Positions 1 to 12,501 of a stretch of DNA of 64,000 nucleotides are shown piece by piece. This stretch comes from Cyanophora paradoxa CCMP329 (lineage: Eukaryota > Plantae > Glaucophyta): the NCBI GenBank assembly GCA_004431415.1, contig QPMI01000626.1, forward strand, positions 1 through 64,000, in the 5' to 3' direction. Each line of letters begins with the position of its first letter. Position 1 is the stretch's first letter. Below the pieces are notes generated by a model that did not search any database, was not told the origin of the DNA, and saw only the letters and a program-made list of their open reading frames with translations. The translations under genes were made by a program, and so were the position numbers.

Positions 1-1689
1 CGTCACCTGGACCTGCAAGGCCCTGCAGGCGCGCCCGCGCGGCCCGCCGCTCTCGCGCGCTGCGCGTGCAAACGCAGAGCCCGTCGCGCAGGCTGGCGAG
101 CGTGCAGACGCAGAGCCCGCAGGTCGACGTCGTGCTGCGGCCCCCGTGGAACGTCTCGTCGGCGGGCGGCGCCCCGCCTCGAGCCTCGCCGCCTCCCGCA
201 CCCGCCTTCTCCGTCGGCACCCAGTTCAGCATCCAGGCGAGCCCTAGAGATCTGCACCGCCCACCCTCTCACGCAGCCGACGCGCCGCGCACGCGGTGAC
301 GCAGCTGCCCGGCGGCGTCTCGGTGACGGGCGCGACGGGGACGACTCCCGGAGCCGCCTCTTCCGCGGGGAGCGCCCCGTGACGCGTGCCCCTGAGTCTG
401 AACGCGGTGCACTTCAGCCGCGACGAGTCCCTCGCGCGCTACAAGGTCCGGCCCCTCGCGCGCCCCGAGCCCCTAGATCTCCCGCACCCTCCGAGAGTTT
501 AATTCAACCGCGCGCAGGCGAGCGTGCCGAACGAGGACAACGCGGAGGCGGAGATCGGCGGCGGCGAACTTCCGCCCCGACCTGCCCGGCAGAACGCCGT
601 CGGCTTCCGCGTCGTCATGAACGTCGCCCCTCCTACCTCCTCGTCGACGAGAAGACCAAAAGCGTGCGCGGCTCTCCGACGGGGGTCCAGGCGCGCCCTC
701 GCGCTCGCGGCCGGCGCCGACGGCCGAGGGCGCGGGCGCGCAGAGCGTGCTGGATTTCTCTCGGGGGTCTACGCCCTGGCCTCGGCCTTCAGAGCCGTCG
801 CAGAGGCCTTCGCCGTCTACGTCGCCCTCGCCAGGCTCCTCAGCGTGCGCCGCGTGGCCGATGGGCCCGGGACCCGCAGCCTCGCCGCGCGCTGACGGCC
901 CCCGATCGGCAGTCGTGGCGCGCGAGGCGCGAGGGCGGGGCGGGCCAGGGGGCGGTCGCCAGCGCTCGAGAAGACGCACCCGGAGGCGGGCCCTGGCGCG
1001 CTTCGCCGGCTGCGTCTACGGCGGAGGACCTGGCGTCGGCGTCTGTGGGTCCGGATCCGGACTGGGCGACGCTGGAAAAGCAGCAGTCATCCTCAGCCGT
1101 CGCGCAGCCGCCTGCAGACAACGGCGTCTCGCGGAGCTTCGGATCCGGCCAGCGCGCGCAGCAGCCGGCGCCGGCGTTGGCGTCGACGTCCGCTCTGCCG
1201 TCGACGGGCAGCAAGCCCGCTTTCGCCCGCACCGCTGGGGCGGGCGGGGACGTCGACGCGAAGCCGAGCTCGAAGCAGGCGGTGGCGGCCGTCAATGCGC
1301 CCTCAGCCGGCCTCACTTACAACGTCAGTCCCGCGCTGGGTTCCTCGCTCCGTCGTCCGCCGCCGCCGCCAGCCGCGTCCGGATCGGATCGAGCGATGCA
1401 ATCTCGAGATTCGGATCGAAACGTACTCGCGAGGGTGCGCGAAGGAATCCGTGAAATCGCTTCTCTCTTGCGTAACCCCTCGAGCGCAGCCCAAGCTCGA
1501 CGGGCCGCCCCCAAGCGCCTTCGGCTCTTCTCAGCCGAGCGCTCCTGCCAGCCGCGGCCCGGGTACTTTTTTGCGCGAGGGCGACGCTGCCGTCGCTGCC
1601 GGCAGCCCCCGCCTCGAGCTCGGGGCCCTTCCGACCTGACGGCTCCGTCGTTCTCGAGTGCGGCTATCGCGCGCCCTCTACGTGCTTGA
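1..1689 (+). CDS. 3' part of a multi-exon hypothetical membrane protein (5' end outside window)
   Basis: Short exons joined at GT/GC-AG sites (VTWTCKALQ / LASVQTQSPQVDVVLRPPWNVSSAG / ...NAVGFRVVMNVA..YLLVDEKTK / SVLDF.SGVYALASAFRAVAEAFAVYVALARLL) give one hydrophobic helix, followed by a long S/A/P-rich tail. Two apparent 1-nt frameshifts (~630, ~758). Stop position uncertain. Confidence 0.5.
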   Translation, partial: RHLDLQGPAGAPARPAALARCACKRRARRAGWRACRRRARRSTSCCGPRGTSRRRAAPRLEPRRLPHPPSPSAPSSASRRALEICTAHPLTQPTRRARGDAAARRRLGDGRDGDDSRSRLFRGERPVTRAPESERGALQPRRVPRALQGPAPRAPRAPRSPAPSESLIQPRAGERAERGQRGGGDRRRRTSAPTCPAERRRLPRRHERRPSYLLVDEKTKSVRGSPTGVQARPRARGRRRRPRARARRACWISLGGLRPGLGLQSRRRGLRRLRRPRQAPQRAPRGRWARDPQPRRALTAPDRQSWRARREGGAGQGAVASAREDAPGGGPWRASPAASTAEDLASASVGPDPDWATLEKQQSSSAVAQPPADNGVSRSFGSGQRAQQPAPALASTSALPSTGSKPAFARTAGAGGDVDAKPSSKQAVAAVNAPSAGLTYNVSPALGSSLRRPPPPPAASGSDRAMQSRDSDRNVLARVREGIREIASLLRNPSSAAQARRAAPKRLRLFSAERSCQPRPGYFFARGRRCRRCRQPPPRARGPSDLTAPSFSSAAIARPLRA

Positions 1690-2673
1690 GCTTACGTGGC
1701 TGCAGTTTGGTCCGAGGCCTGCAGCTGCTCGGCGCCGACGCCTCGAACGCGGGCGCGAAGGGGGCCGGCGCCCCGGAGCGCTCCTTCAGCTCCCCGGGGC
1801 CAGTGAGAGCCCGGGCCCCCTGTTCCACCTCCGATAGAACAGGCGCTTCGAATTCCCGTTTCCGCTCCAGCGGCGGAGTCCAATCGCGGCGACGTTCTCG
1901 CAATGGAGAGCGAAGAGCGAAGCTGATCGGGAGAAGCGCTGACCGCTTAAGCTTCATCTGCGCTGACAGCTCAAGCTTCATCCGCATGTACATGTACATG
2001 TACATGCGCAGTCCTTCTTTCGAAGTTCTTAGGATTCTTAGCTTTCAATGAGTTTGTTTATATAACTTGGTAGTAGTTTGACGTCGACTCGATTTCAGCC
2101 ACCTGCTCATGCCTGAGCTTCAAGTTTGTTTCTTATCATCGAGCCTGATTATTTATAATTATGACGGCATGATCATGATGCGTCGTTGACATTTGCAACT
2201 TGCAGAACATCGATCTATGCTAGAATTTTTTGTTTCAATTGATATAAAGCTGACTTTAAATATACTATAGCGGTCTGTGAAGAGGCGGTCGCGATTGTAG
2301 CAGTTCGAATTCGCGAATTGTTTGCTCTGTACGTGCACATGTTTCATGCGACAGCTCTCAGGTCTGAGGTCTGCAGCTGTGTTTTGATGCTTAGGTGTTT
2401 GACCTCTAGATCTCTTTGATCCTCTATAGCTAGCTAGTAGTCTCGTGCTTGTTATTTATTTAGTTGCTGCGTCACGGCGTTTCCGCGCTCCTCGCGATCG
2501 TCGTGATCTCTCGTGATCCGATGATCATGATCTTGAGTAAACTTCGATCAAGACGGCCCGGCCGGCCGTGGGCCGGGGTGCCAGGGGAAGGCGACTCGGC
2601 GAGTTTGAAGGCCTTAATTATATATTCGAGGCTTAAAGCTTGTGATCCGCGGGCCGGAGGCCTAGCTATAAGG

Positions 2674-2776
2674 GATGATCATGATCAGATCCGATGATCA
2701 TGATCATGATCCGATCATGATCAGATCGATGATCATGATCATGATCATCATGTATGATCATGAGCATATGCATATG
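2674..2776. repeat. (GATCAT)n self-complementary microsatellite, degenerate
   Basis: gatgatcatgatcagatccgatgatcatgatcatgatccgatcatgatcagatcgatgatcatgatcatgatcatcatgtatgatcatgagcatatgcatatg read directly. Confidence 0.9.
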
Positions 2777-2817
2777 CAGCTGCAGCAATCAATTGCAAGC
2801 GCAGACTCTGCAGCGCT

Positions 2818-2890
2818 GCCTCTATCTAGATCTCTACTATTCTCTAGCGGCCACGCTGGCCTCTATCTAGATCTCTACTATTCTCTAGCG
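2818..2890. repeat. Direct duplication of gcctctatctagatctctactattctctagcg (2 copies)
   Basis: Identical 32-mers at ~2818-2849 and ~2859-2890. Confidence 0.9.
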
Positions 2891-3617
2891 CTGGCAGCGC
2901 TAGGATTCCTAGCTAGAGCCCTGAATCAATATTCTAGCCACTTATTAGGAAGCAATGCCTTAGGGGAAGGCTTTTGAAGCGCCGCGGCCGCGGCCAGCGG
3001 CGCGCCGGCGGCGGGAGGCTGCGCGCGCCGGGAGCTAGCTATCATGATCATATTATAGGAAGGCCTCGATCGGCGGCGAGAGACTCGGAGAGAGTCGGCC
3101 GCCGCGCCGGGTCGGGGCGCGCGCGGCGGCGCCCCTCCAAGGCCCTCTCGTAAGCCTTCCTCCGGCCATCCAATCAGCGTCGACGAACTCTTGTTCGTAC
3201 GTACCCCGGGCTGAGACCAGCGCTTCGCGCAGAGCCGCAGCAGCAGCACCTAAGGAGGTGATCCAGGAGCGCCGTGACTATTTCTGTCGCCGGAGCCGCG
3301 GAGCGCGCGCCAGGGCGTCCTGGCGCTTGAGAAGTTGACGTCGTCACAGCGACGCCCGAGCGCGCATCCGGCGGCACTGGTTGACTCGCCGATCTAGCCG
3401 GCACTGCGTCGACTCGCGCCTTCGCCTCTCTCAGAGTCTCTGGCTTGGCCGGCACGCAAGGACTCGGAGCAAGCCAACGCCCGGCGGCCAGCAGGCCCAC
3501 TCGCGCCGCTGGACAGCCGAGCGCTGGGCTCAGTGGGGAATGTGTTGTTGAGCGGACGAGGCGCGCCGCCGCGGCGAGGTGGTCAGCGCGCTCTGAAGCG
3601 CGGAGCGGATCCGGGAC

Positions 3618-6600
3618 ATGGCGCGCGACGAGGAGCAGGAGAAGGAGCGGCAGGGCCGCGTGGTCACCGTCGTGACGGCGTTCTGCAGGGTCCGCCCCGC
3701 GCGCCGCGCGCCGCGCACGCCGGACGTCGACCCGGCCTGCGGGAGCGCAGGGGCGCTGGACCGACCGGCGCCGGACTGGCGGCGCGGCAGCGTCGCCCGC
3801 GTGCTCTTCCCATCGCCTGCGTCGTCTTCGACGCGATCCAGGCATCCGCCCGCCCGCCCGGCCGCCCCGCTGCTGCCGCCGCGCGCGCCTGACCGGACCG
3901 GTGCCCCGCGCGGCAGCTGCTCGGTCTGGTCCTCCCGGCTGGTGCGCCCCGCGGCCGGCTGCCGGCTGTAGGCTCTTTGCTTCGCTCCGCCGAGCGCGCC
4001 CGCGCGCAGGGACGAGCGGGCGTGGGGTGGCTGGACGGGAGCGCCACGTGGCGGGGCGGCGCGGGGCGGGGGCGGCGGGGCGCGCCCCGCCTTCTACCTC
4101 GCGCTGGCGCGACGGGCGTCACCGCCGCCGCCGCCGCCGCGTCGCGTACCTCGCCACCGCCCACCGGCCCCGCCTCTTCCCCGTCAAGGCCCGCCCGCCC
4201 CGCCCCGTCGTCCCGCCCGCCGGCCCGGCCGGGCAGGGCTGAACCGGCGCGCCGCCCGCAGGCGCTGAGGGTGCTGCTGCCGGCCCTCTCGGCGGGGGTC
4301 TACCTCCCCGTCCTCTGCCTCTTCCTCGACGCCCTCGCCTGCCTCTTCCCGGGCACGCTTGCCCTACCCGCCTCCCCCTTCCCCCCCCCTCCCCTGAGGC
4401 CCCGCAGGGGGCGCGCCCTCCGGGGCGGCGTGCGGGTACCCCTCGCCGCTGGTGTTCGGGCTGCTGGGGGCGGCGGGGGCGCCCGTGGCGGCGGCGCTGG
4501 CGCTCGCGGGGGCGCTGCTCTTCTTCGAGTGCGACCCGGGCTCGCGGGACTGGGGCGCGGCGGCCCACGGGCGCCTCCCCTTCGTCTACGCGCTGCTGCA
4601 GACGGCGCTGGCGGCGCTGCGGCTCGCGGTGGACGGGCGCGGCGTGCCGCTCCGCCTCGCCGTCCTCCTCGTCGCCCTCGCCATGCTCGCCCTCCACAGC
4701 CGTCCGCCCCGCCCGCCCGCCCGCCCTCGCCGCACGGCGCGAGCCGGGGCGGGCGCAGACGATGCAGCCGTACCTGCGGCGGCGATGAACGAGCTGCGCT
4801 GCGGCCTCTTCGCCGCCGTCGCCGCCGCCGCGCTCCTCTCCTGCCTGATCCCCCTCGCCGGCGAGCCCGGCTCCGCCGCCCGCCTCGGCGCCTCCGCCGC
4901 CGGCCTGCTCCTCATCGCCGCCGCCGCCGCCGGCGGGGCCTCCTCTGCCGCCGTACCTACGCCGCCGTGCGCCCCCCCCCCCCCCCCTCCCCCCTCCCCC
5001 CCCCCCCCCCCCCCCGCCCGCCCTTGTCCCCGCCCGCCCCGGCGAGCCGAGCCGCGCCCAGATCTCGCGGAGCGTGCTGCGCGTTGCACTCCGGCACCGC
5101 GACGAGGCGGAGGCCGCGGAGGCCGCCGCCGCCCTCGAGGCCGCCGCCGCCGCCGCGGCGGGGGCGGACCCGCAGACGCCCGGCGGACAGACCCCCGGCG
5201 GGGCCGTCGTCCTCTCCGTGCGCCCCGCCCCGGCCGCCCCCTCTCCGCTCACGATCGCCCCGACAAACCCGCTCTCCGTAGATGCGGGGGGCGGGCGCGC
5301 GGGGCGCGGCGGCGGGGGGGCAGCGGACGATGAAGGACCTGCGTGAGCCGGAGGTGGGGGCCGTCGACTCGCCCTGGGTCGCCTCCCGCGGCTTCTGGTT
5401 CGACGCCTGCCTCGACGCCGCCGCCCGCCGGCCCCTCGAGACCCTCTCCGCATCCGACGGCGGCGCCGAGGTCACTCGTACCCTGCCCAGGCGAACGAAC
5501 GTTCGCCCGCCCTTGACAACGCGGCGCCGCGCAGTGCGCGGAGCTGGTGTTCCGGCTGGGGCTGCGGCACCCGAACTTCGCCGACTCGCCCTTCGTGGCG
5601 GCGGCGTGGGCGACTTTCCTCTTCCACTTCTGCGGGGACGCCCCCGGCGCCATCGCCGAGGCCCGCCGCGCCGCCCGCAAGGCCAAGGACGCCTCCGACT
5701 TTGACCTCAAGGCACGCCCGCACGACGCTTGGATGCTCCGCGCTCTGTAGCCACCGCTGAGGGGCGGGGCGGGGCGGCAGGTGCTAGCGATACGGCGGCG
5801 GCAGGCCTGGGAGCAGGCCGCCTCCGGCCAGGGCTCCGGCGGTGCGCGGCCCGCCGCCCCGCCGCCCCGCCGCCCCGACCGAGCCGTTCGCAGTGAACAT
5901 GCACGAGTTCCGGCGCATGTTCGGTGCGTCCCCGTCCTGCGCCCCGCCCCGCGCCCCGCCGCCCCGCCGCTCCGCGCCCCGCGCCCCGGGCAGGCTGAGA
6001 GGCCGTGGGTCCCGGGGCAGAGCTGGCGACGGCGGCGCACAACGAGGCCCTCTCCGCCCTCAAGACCCTCTGGCCTCCGTGCGCACGCGGCCCGCCGCCC
6101 GGCCCCGCCGCCCCGGCCCCGCCGCCCCGGCCCCGCCGCCCCGGCCCCGCCGGCGCCCTCGCACGGCCGCGGGAGAACGCCTAGCGCCTCCGCCACACCC
6201 GCGAGGGATCTAAATCCCTCGCTTCATTCCTACCCGCCGCCTCGGCCCGGCCGGCGCCCCTCACGGCCGGGGGCGGCCGCGCAGCTGGCGAAGTCGACGC
6301 GCTTCTCGCGCGACTCGCTCGCCACCGTCTACAAGCGCGTCGCCGTGCGCCCGAACCGGCGCCGCCTCTCCGCCCGCCCCGGCCCCAATTTCTAGATTTC
6401 CGACCCGCCGCCGCCGCCGCCGGATCCGGCAGACGATCCACGCGGCGAAGCGCAAGGCGCAGGAGGGGTACGAGCGCATGCTCCGCAAGTTCCCCTCCTC
6501 CAAGGGCCCGCCCCCATGCCCCCGCCCCCGCGCCACCGCCCCCTGCACCACCCCCGCTGAGGGTGCGGGCGGGCAGTGCTGGTGCGGTGCTACGGGCTGT

Positions 6601-6906
6601 ACCTCCGCGACGTCGTCAACGACGTCGAGAGCGCCGCCTACCACTTCGTCCGCCCCGCCCCGCCCCGCCCTAAAGGCTTCTAAGCTCCGAACGGCCTCTA
6701 AGCGACGGCCTGCCCCGCCCCGGCCCTCCCCGCCCCTCCCCTCCCGCTCCGCCCCGCCCCGCCCCGCCCTGTCTGATGCCCCGCCCCGCCGCTTCTATAT
6801 GCTCTGATACTTCCGCTTCTAAAGCAACGGCGCGCCCTTTCTAAATGCTTCTAAGCTTAACTTCAAACGGCCTCTAAGCAACGGCCTTGCCCGGCCCGCC
6901 TGCCCG

Positions 6907-6940
<34 letters not shown>

Positions 6941-9900
6941 CTCCCCCCACGCCGCCCTATCTGACGGATCGACAGGCCCGCGCCGACGAGATCGAGGACC
7001 GTGCGCCCCTCCCTCTTGAGCCGGCGTCCCCCCCTCGCTTTGCTTAGCCGAGTGTGCGGCGGGGCAGAGGAGACGAAGCTGAAGCGCGCCGGCGAGGCCG
7101 GCGACGAGGCGGCCTCCCAGTGCGGCTCCCGCCCTCGCCCTTCCGCTTCGCGCCTTTTCTAGATCTACATCTATCGATTTCATCTAGATCTGCATCTATC
7201 TCCGCCCTCGCCCTCGCCCTTCCGCTTCGCGCCGCGGCCCGACGCGGCGCGGCACGCGCGGGGCCGCAGGGCGGGGCGGTCGCAGGCGGGGGGCCGCTCG
7301 GAGAAGTCGGGGAGCTCGGGGAGCTCGCGGCGCAACCGGCGCGGGGCGAGCACGCTGCTCCGGAGCACCGCCTCCAACGCCGGCGCCCTCCGCCGCCTCA
7401 AGGTCCGCCCCCCGCCCCGCCGCCTCCGCTTCCGCTGCGGGCCTCGCGCCTCCCGCTAGACTAGAGGCGCACCGCCCGCCCCCGCCTCCGCCGCCCGTTC
7501 CCCCGCCCCTACGCCCGCCCGCGCCGGCGAGCCTCGGGAGCCTGCAGGTGGGGCTGGTAGGCGGCCTCTGCCTGCTGGCGGCCCTCTACGGCGCCACCTT
7601 CGCCGTCTACGCCTCCCGCTTCACCGTCCGCCCCCCCCCGCCCAGCGCTAGCCCCCCGCCCCTCCAATTCTGAGCCGGCTGCTCCTTCGCAGGAGGGGAA
7701 GCAGGTCACGTACCAGATCTACGCCGTCCAGTGCGCCCGCGCCCGCCTCCAAACTCATTCGCCGCCGCGCCGCCGGCGGCCGACCGCGCCGCGCACGGCG
7801 CAGGCACCTGGCGCGGGCCTACGAGCTCTTCATGTACTACGCCCGCATCCTCAACACCCGCGTGCGCGCCCCAGCGCCCCGGCGCCCCGGCGCCCCCGCC
7901 CGATCTCGAACTGAAAGCTGGGGGCAGTCGTGGCTCGGGGACGGGGCCGGAGTGGAGGCGGCGCGGGCGGCGGTGGCCCCGCTGCTGGAGGAGTCCACCC
8001 GCTGGCTCCGCGGGCTCTACCTCGGCTTCGCGGAGCCGCCGGTGCCCCCGGCGGCCGCCCCCGCGCTCTGGGCCTTCTGGCGCGACGAGGACGTACCCCT
8101 CCGCTTCCACGTCTCCCCGGGCGGCGCCCACGCGGGGGCCGCCCCCTCCCCCTCCCCCTCGGCCTCGGCCTCTGGCGGCCTCGCGGTCCACAAGGACGCC
8201 TCGCCCTGGGCCGCCTTCAACCACTACCAGGACGCATTCCTCGCCGTCCGCCCGCGCTCTTCTCCCCTCTTTCTTCGCGTACCCCCGCCGAGCGCCCGGG
8301 GCGCGCAGCTGTCAAGCCAGGGGATGGAGCGGCTGGCGGAGCCGGCGGGGGGCAACGCGGAGTGGCGGTTCGTGCAGAACAACGGGCGCGGGGCGGTGGT
8401 GGCGGCGGTGGAGCGGGGCGGGGCGCTGTACCTCGCCGAGGCCGTCGCGCGCAAGGCCGACCACGACGCCGCCGTCGGCGCCATGCTCTCGTCCGCCCCG
8501 AGCCCCGCCCGCCAGCAAAATGCGCAATAGAATTTATAAGGTCGAAAACCATGCTAGAAGGAACCGCGCCCCGCCCGCCAGCGGCGAGCGCGCGGGGCCG
8601 GGCGATGCCCCCTCCTGACCCCAGCGCGGCGCGCCGCGCAGGACGATGCTGATCGCGCTGGTGATCCTGGGCCCGGGGATCTTCCGCTCCGCCTTCCGCA
8701 ACGTGCGGATGTCGCAGCGCGGCGTCGCCGAGATCGTCGCCCGCATCCCCCCGGACCTCATCTCGTCCGCCCCGCCCCGCCCCGCCCCGCCCCGCCCCGC
8801 CCCGCGTCCCGCGCCCCCAACTAAGGCGCATCTGGCGGATCTACCGTAGTACTGCACTCCACCTCCGAACTCCCGCTTCCCCACCCACCCACCCGCTCTG
8901 AGCGCCGCCTCTGCCTCGGCGCAGGCACATCTCGGCGACGTACGGGAAGGCGGACCTGGTGGGGGACGCCGGGGACTCGGAGGACGAGCAGGCCCAGCTC
9001 CTCGCGGGGGGCGACGCCGCGGGGGGCAACCTCACCGCCCGCTCCCGCCGCTCCGAGGCCACCGCCGCCGCCCCCGGCACGCACCGCTCCCTAAACGGCG
9101 AGCCCGGCGGCTCCCCGTTGCTGCCGCCCCCGCTGGCCGTGGCGGCGGCCTCGGGGGGCAGCTTAAGCTTCCGGCGGCGGCCGGCGGAGGCGGCGGCGGC
9201 GGAGCCGGCGGAGGCGGCGGCGCTGGACGAGGCGGCGCACGGCGCCATCGCGCGGCGCGCCGGCGCCCTCGCGCTGCGCGGGCCCTCCTTCCGCTCCGCC
9301 TCGTTCCGGAGCCCTTCCTTCCGCTCCCCGTCCTTCGCCCGGCGCGCCGCCGAGGCCGCAGCGGCCGGCGCCGCGGCCGAGGGCGCCGGGGCCGGCGCCG
9401 GGCCCCAGCCAAGTCGGCCCTCCGCAAGAGCGGCTCCACCAAGCAGCTGGTGCGCCCTCCGCTCCCATGCCCCGCCCGCCCGCGCGCGCGCCGCCAGCTT
9501 ACGTGAGCCGCGCGCAGCGGAGCCTCTCGTTCCATTGGGAGGGCGCCCTCGCCGAGAAGCCGCCGGCGCCGCTTGCGACGCTCTCTGACGGGCCCGAGGG
9601 CGACGCCGCCGCCACCCGCCGCGCCGGGGCCGATGCACCGGCGCCGGCGTCGAGCGGGCGGGAGGACCCCCTCTCCTCCCTCCTCTCCTCCCTCCGCAGC
9701 GAGGCGGTCCGTACCCGTATCCCAACCCCCCGCCCCGCCGCGCCGTTGAAGTCGAGGCCGCGACGCAGGAGAAGGGGCCAGACGCGGCGGTCATCGTGCT
9801 GGCGGAGCGCGGGGAGGGGGCGGCCTCGCCCCCGCCGCGGGCCCCGGCGCCATCCTCCGCCACCGCGGCGGCCCCGCCCGCCTCCGCGAAGGCGCCGCCG

Positions 9901-12501
9901 CCGCCCGCTCCGACTCGCCCGCCCCCGGACCCGCCGCCTCCACTGCCGCCTCCGCCGCGTGGGGCTCGGCCCTCGGCGCCCTCCTCGGCCCCGCCGGCCC
10001 CACGCCGGCCCCGCCGGCCCCTCCCTCCGGCCCCAGGGCACGCCCCTCGCAGCTCGACCCCGCCCCGTCGCCACTCACGCCGAAGCAGGCGAACGCCTAC
10101 GCGGCTGCCCCCGGCGCGGCGGAGGGAGCGGCGCGCGGCGGCCTGCGGCAGCGCCTGCGCGGGGTGCGCCCCGCCGGCCGCGCCGCGCCGCGCCGCGCCG
10201 CGCCGCTCGGCCCCCGAGGCGCCGCGCGCGCAGATCTTTGCGGGCGGGGCCGGGCGGCGCGCGCGGTTTCAGACGGCTCGGACGAGGGCGAGGCGAGGGC
10301 GAGGGGCGCGGCCGCCGCACGGTGCGCTTGCCGGCCCCGCGCGCGGCGCCGGCGCCCGAGGCGGGCCCGGCCCCTGCGGTAGTGGCGGGAGGTGGCGGAG
10401 GACGAGGAGGCGGCCGTGCTGCGCCGCCGGCGGCACCTGCCCCCGACGGGCCGCCGCCACGAGGAGGGGCCCGCCTCGTCCGCCGCGGCGGGCGCGGGCG
10501 CGGGGAGGAAGCGTGCGCGGGCCCCCCAGAACATAAACCTGCCCCGCCGGGATCTGAACCCGGCGCCGCACCGGGGCCCGGGCCCGGCGGCAGCGGGGAG
10601 AAGGCGGCGGTGGAGAAGAACGCGCTGGACGGAGTCTTCGCCGCCCTCACCCGCCGCTACTCCCTCGGTGCCCCCCGCCCCGCCCCGATCCCCCACCCCG
10701 CCCCGAAGCCTCGGAGACTAGACGAAGTTTTAGGAAACGAAACATCAAGCCCCGCCCCGCCCCGCCCCGCCCGGGCCCGACCGACCCGGCGGGCGGGGGC
10801 CCCGCAGCGTTCCTCGTTGTGGGACTCGTCTCGATCGCGAACGCCGCCTTCTGCCTGATCCAGCTCGACGCGGCGCGCCCCCGCCTTTTGCCCCCCGCCC
10901 GCTCCTCCCCGCCCCGCCCCGCCCCGCCCCGGCGCCCTGAGGCGGCCCCTCCGTGCCGCAGAGCGCGGGGGCGGTGGCGGGGGTGCACTGGGCCGGGGTG
11001 CGGCGGCACCAGGCGGGCCGCCTCGTGGGCACGGCCCTCGAGCTCTACGTCGACGACGGCGCCGTCCTCCCTAAGGCCCGCCCCGCCCCGCCCCGCCCCG
11101 CCCTAGATCCCTAGATCTCCTATAGCGACCCGCCGCCCTCCCAAGGCCCTCCCCAAGGCCCGCTTTCCCCGCCCGCCCGACCCCGGGGCCTTCGCCCGCC
11201 AGACCTAGATACCCAAGGCCCTCCCAAGGCCCGCCTTTCTTCCGGGGCTACCCCAGCCCGACCCTAGATCCTAGATCCCCGAAACACCCCCCAAGGCTGA
11301 CGGGCTGACGGGCGGGCGGGGGCGCGCAGGGCGCCCTGCTAAACGAGATGCACGGGCTGCTGGGGAACTTCACGGCCCTGCACCGCGCCCTCCGCGCCGG
11401 CGACGCGGCGCTCGGCCTCCCCGGCACCGACGGCCGCTCCCGCGACCACGACGCGCTGTACTACGGCCCGGGCGCCGCTGCCTGCGACGGGCCCGGCGGC
11501 GAGGTGTGCGGGGCGCTGGCGGGCGGGCTGGACTTCGCCGCGCACCTCTTCGCTTCGGCGGCCCGCGCCGTCCTCAACGACCACGCCGCCTTCGCCCGTG
11601 CGCCCGCCCTTCTTTCCACTTTCTTCTTTCGATCGCCGCCCCTTTTAATTGCGGTCGACGGGCGCAGCGGACGGGAGGCGGGACCCCGCGGCGGCCGCGC
11701 GGGCCGACCCGCCTGCGCCCTTCTACGACGGCGACTTCATCGCCCAGTCCGCCCCGCTCCGCCCGCCCTCCCGCCGCATTTCTGCGCCTCGAGACCGGGG
11801 GACGCCGCCGCTTCTAGAACGGAAGCACGCCTAGCTAGCGACTAGCTGCCGCGAGGGATCTAAATCCCTCGCTTCATTCCTACCGCGCGCCGAGGCCTTG
11901 ATTGCAAGCGTCTAAGCGGCCGCGGCAGGCGGAGCGGGGCCGGGGAGGGCCTGCGGCGGCTGGAGGGGTACCGGCCGGCGCTGGACGCCGGGTTCGGGCG
12001 GGCGGGGGCCCTCTTCCTCGCGGAGGCGGACCGCGTCGCCGCCCTCGTCGCCGCCGTCCAGGCCGGTCCGCGCCCCGCGCCAGCCCCGGCCAGATCTTAT
12101 TTATACGAGTCGCGCTCTCCGGCCTGACCGACGCCGGCGCACGTGCCCCGCCGGCCGGCAGCCTTCTTTGTGGTTGGGGTGCGCCGGCTCGCCCGCTGAG
12201 GCCCCGCCAAGCGGCCCCCTGCCCGCCCGCTGAGGCCCCGCGCAGACGCTCTTCCTGTTCTTCCTCTACGTCGGCATGTTCCGGGGCATGATCGCCCGCC
12301 TCGGCGACGGTCCGCCCCGCCCGCTCCGCTCCGCCCCGTCCGCTCCGCCCGCTCCGCGTCGCCGACGGGGCGCGGCTCGGGACGGGCGGGGCGGGCGCAG
12401 AGTCGAGCCGGGCGAGCCAGTTCCTGGAGACGATCCCGGGGACCTGCCGCGCCCAGCTGCCCCAGTTCTTCGGCGCCGACGACCCCGCCGCCGCTCCCTA
12501 G
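3618..12501 (+). CDS. TmcB/TmcC (tiny macrocysts)-like multi-pass membrane protein, many exons
   Basis: Spliced motifs match the TmcB/C layout. N-terminal TM bundle: VFDAIQLLGLVLP; LRVLLPALSAGVYLPVLCLFLDALAC; LFFECDPGSRDWGAAAHGR; QPY...MNELR. TPR-like helical region: FRLGLRHPNFADSPFVAAAWATFLFHF; AQEGYERMLRKFPSSK-VLVRCYG.YLRDVVNDVESAAYHF. Later TM-flanked modules: WRFVQNNG; LHRALRAGD. C-terminus: LYVGMFRGMIARLGDESSRASQFLETIP...*, TAG at 12499-12501. Some homopolymer frameshifts. Confidence 0.75.
6199..6234. repeat. 36-bp intronic hairpin element, copy 1
   Basis: ccgcgagggatctaaatccctcgcttcattcctacc; stem GCGAGGGAT/ATCCCTCGC, loop CTAA; identical to 11849-11884. Confidence 0.9.
11849..11884. 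repeat. 36-bp intronic hairpin element, copy 2
   Basis: Identical to 6199-6234, in a different intron 5.6 kb away. Confidence 0.9.

Noticed and set aside
2675-2977. 100-aa His/Met/Ile-rich ORF
   Set aside because: Translation of the (GATCAT)n microsatellite; no coding bias.
3800-4790. Frameshifts in the Tmc gene (~3808, ~4780) and elsewhere (~630, ~758, ~31715) suggesting pseudogenes or programmed frameshifting
   Set aside because: They are single-base losses in or next to G/C or short-repeat runs in otherwise intact genes, typical of long-read consensus error; short-read polishing would decide.
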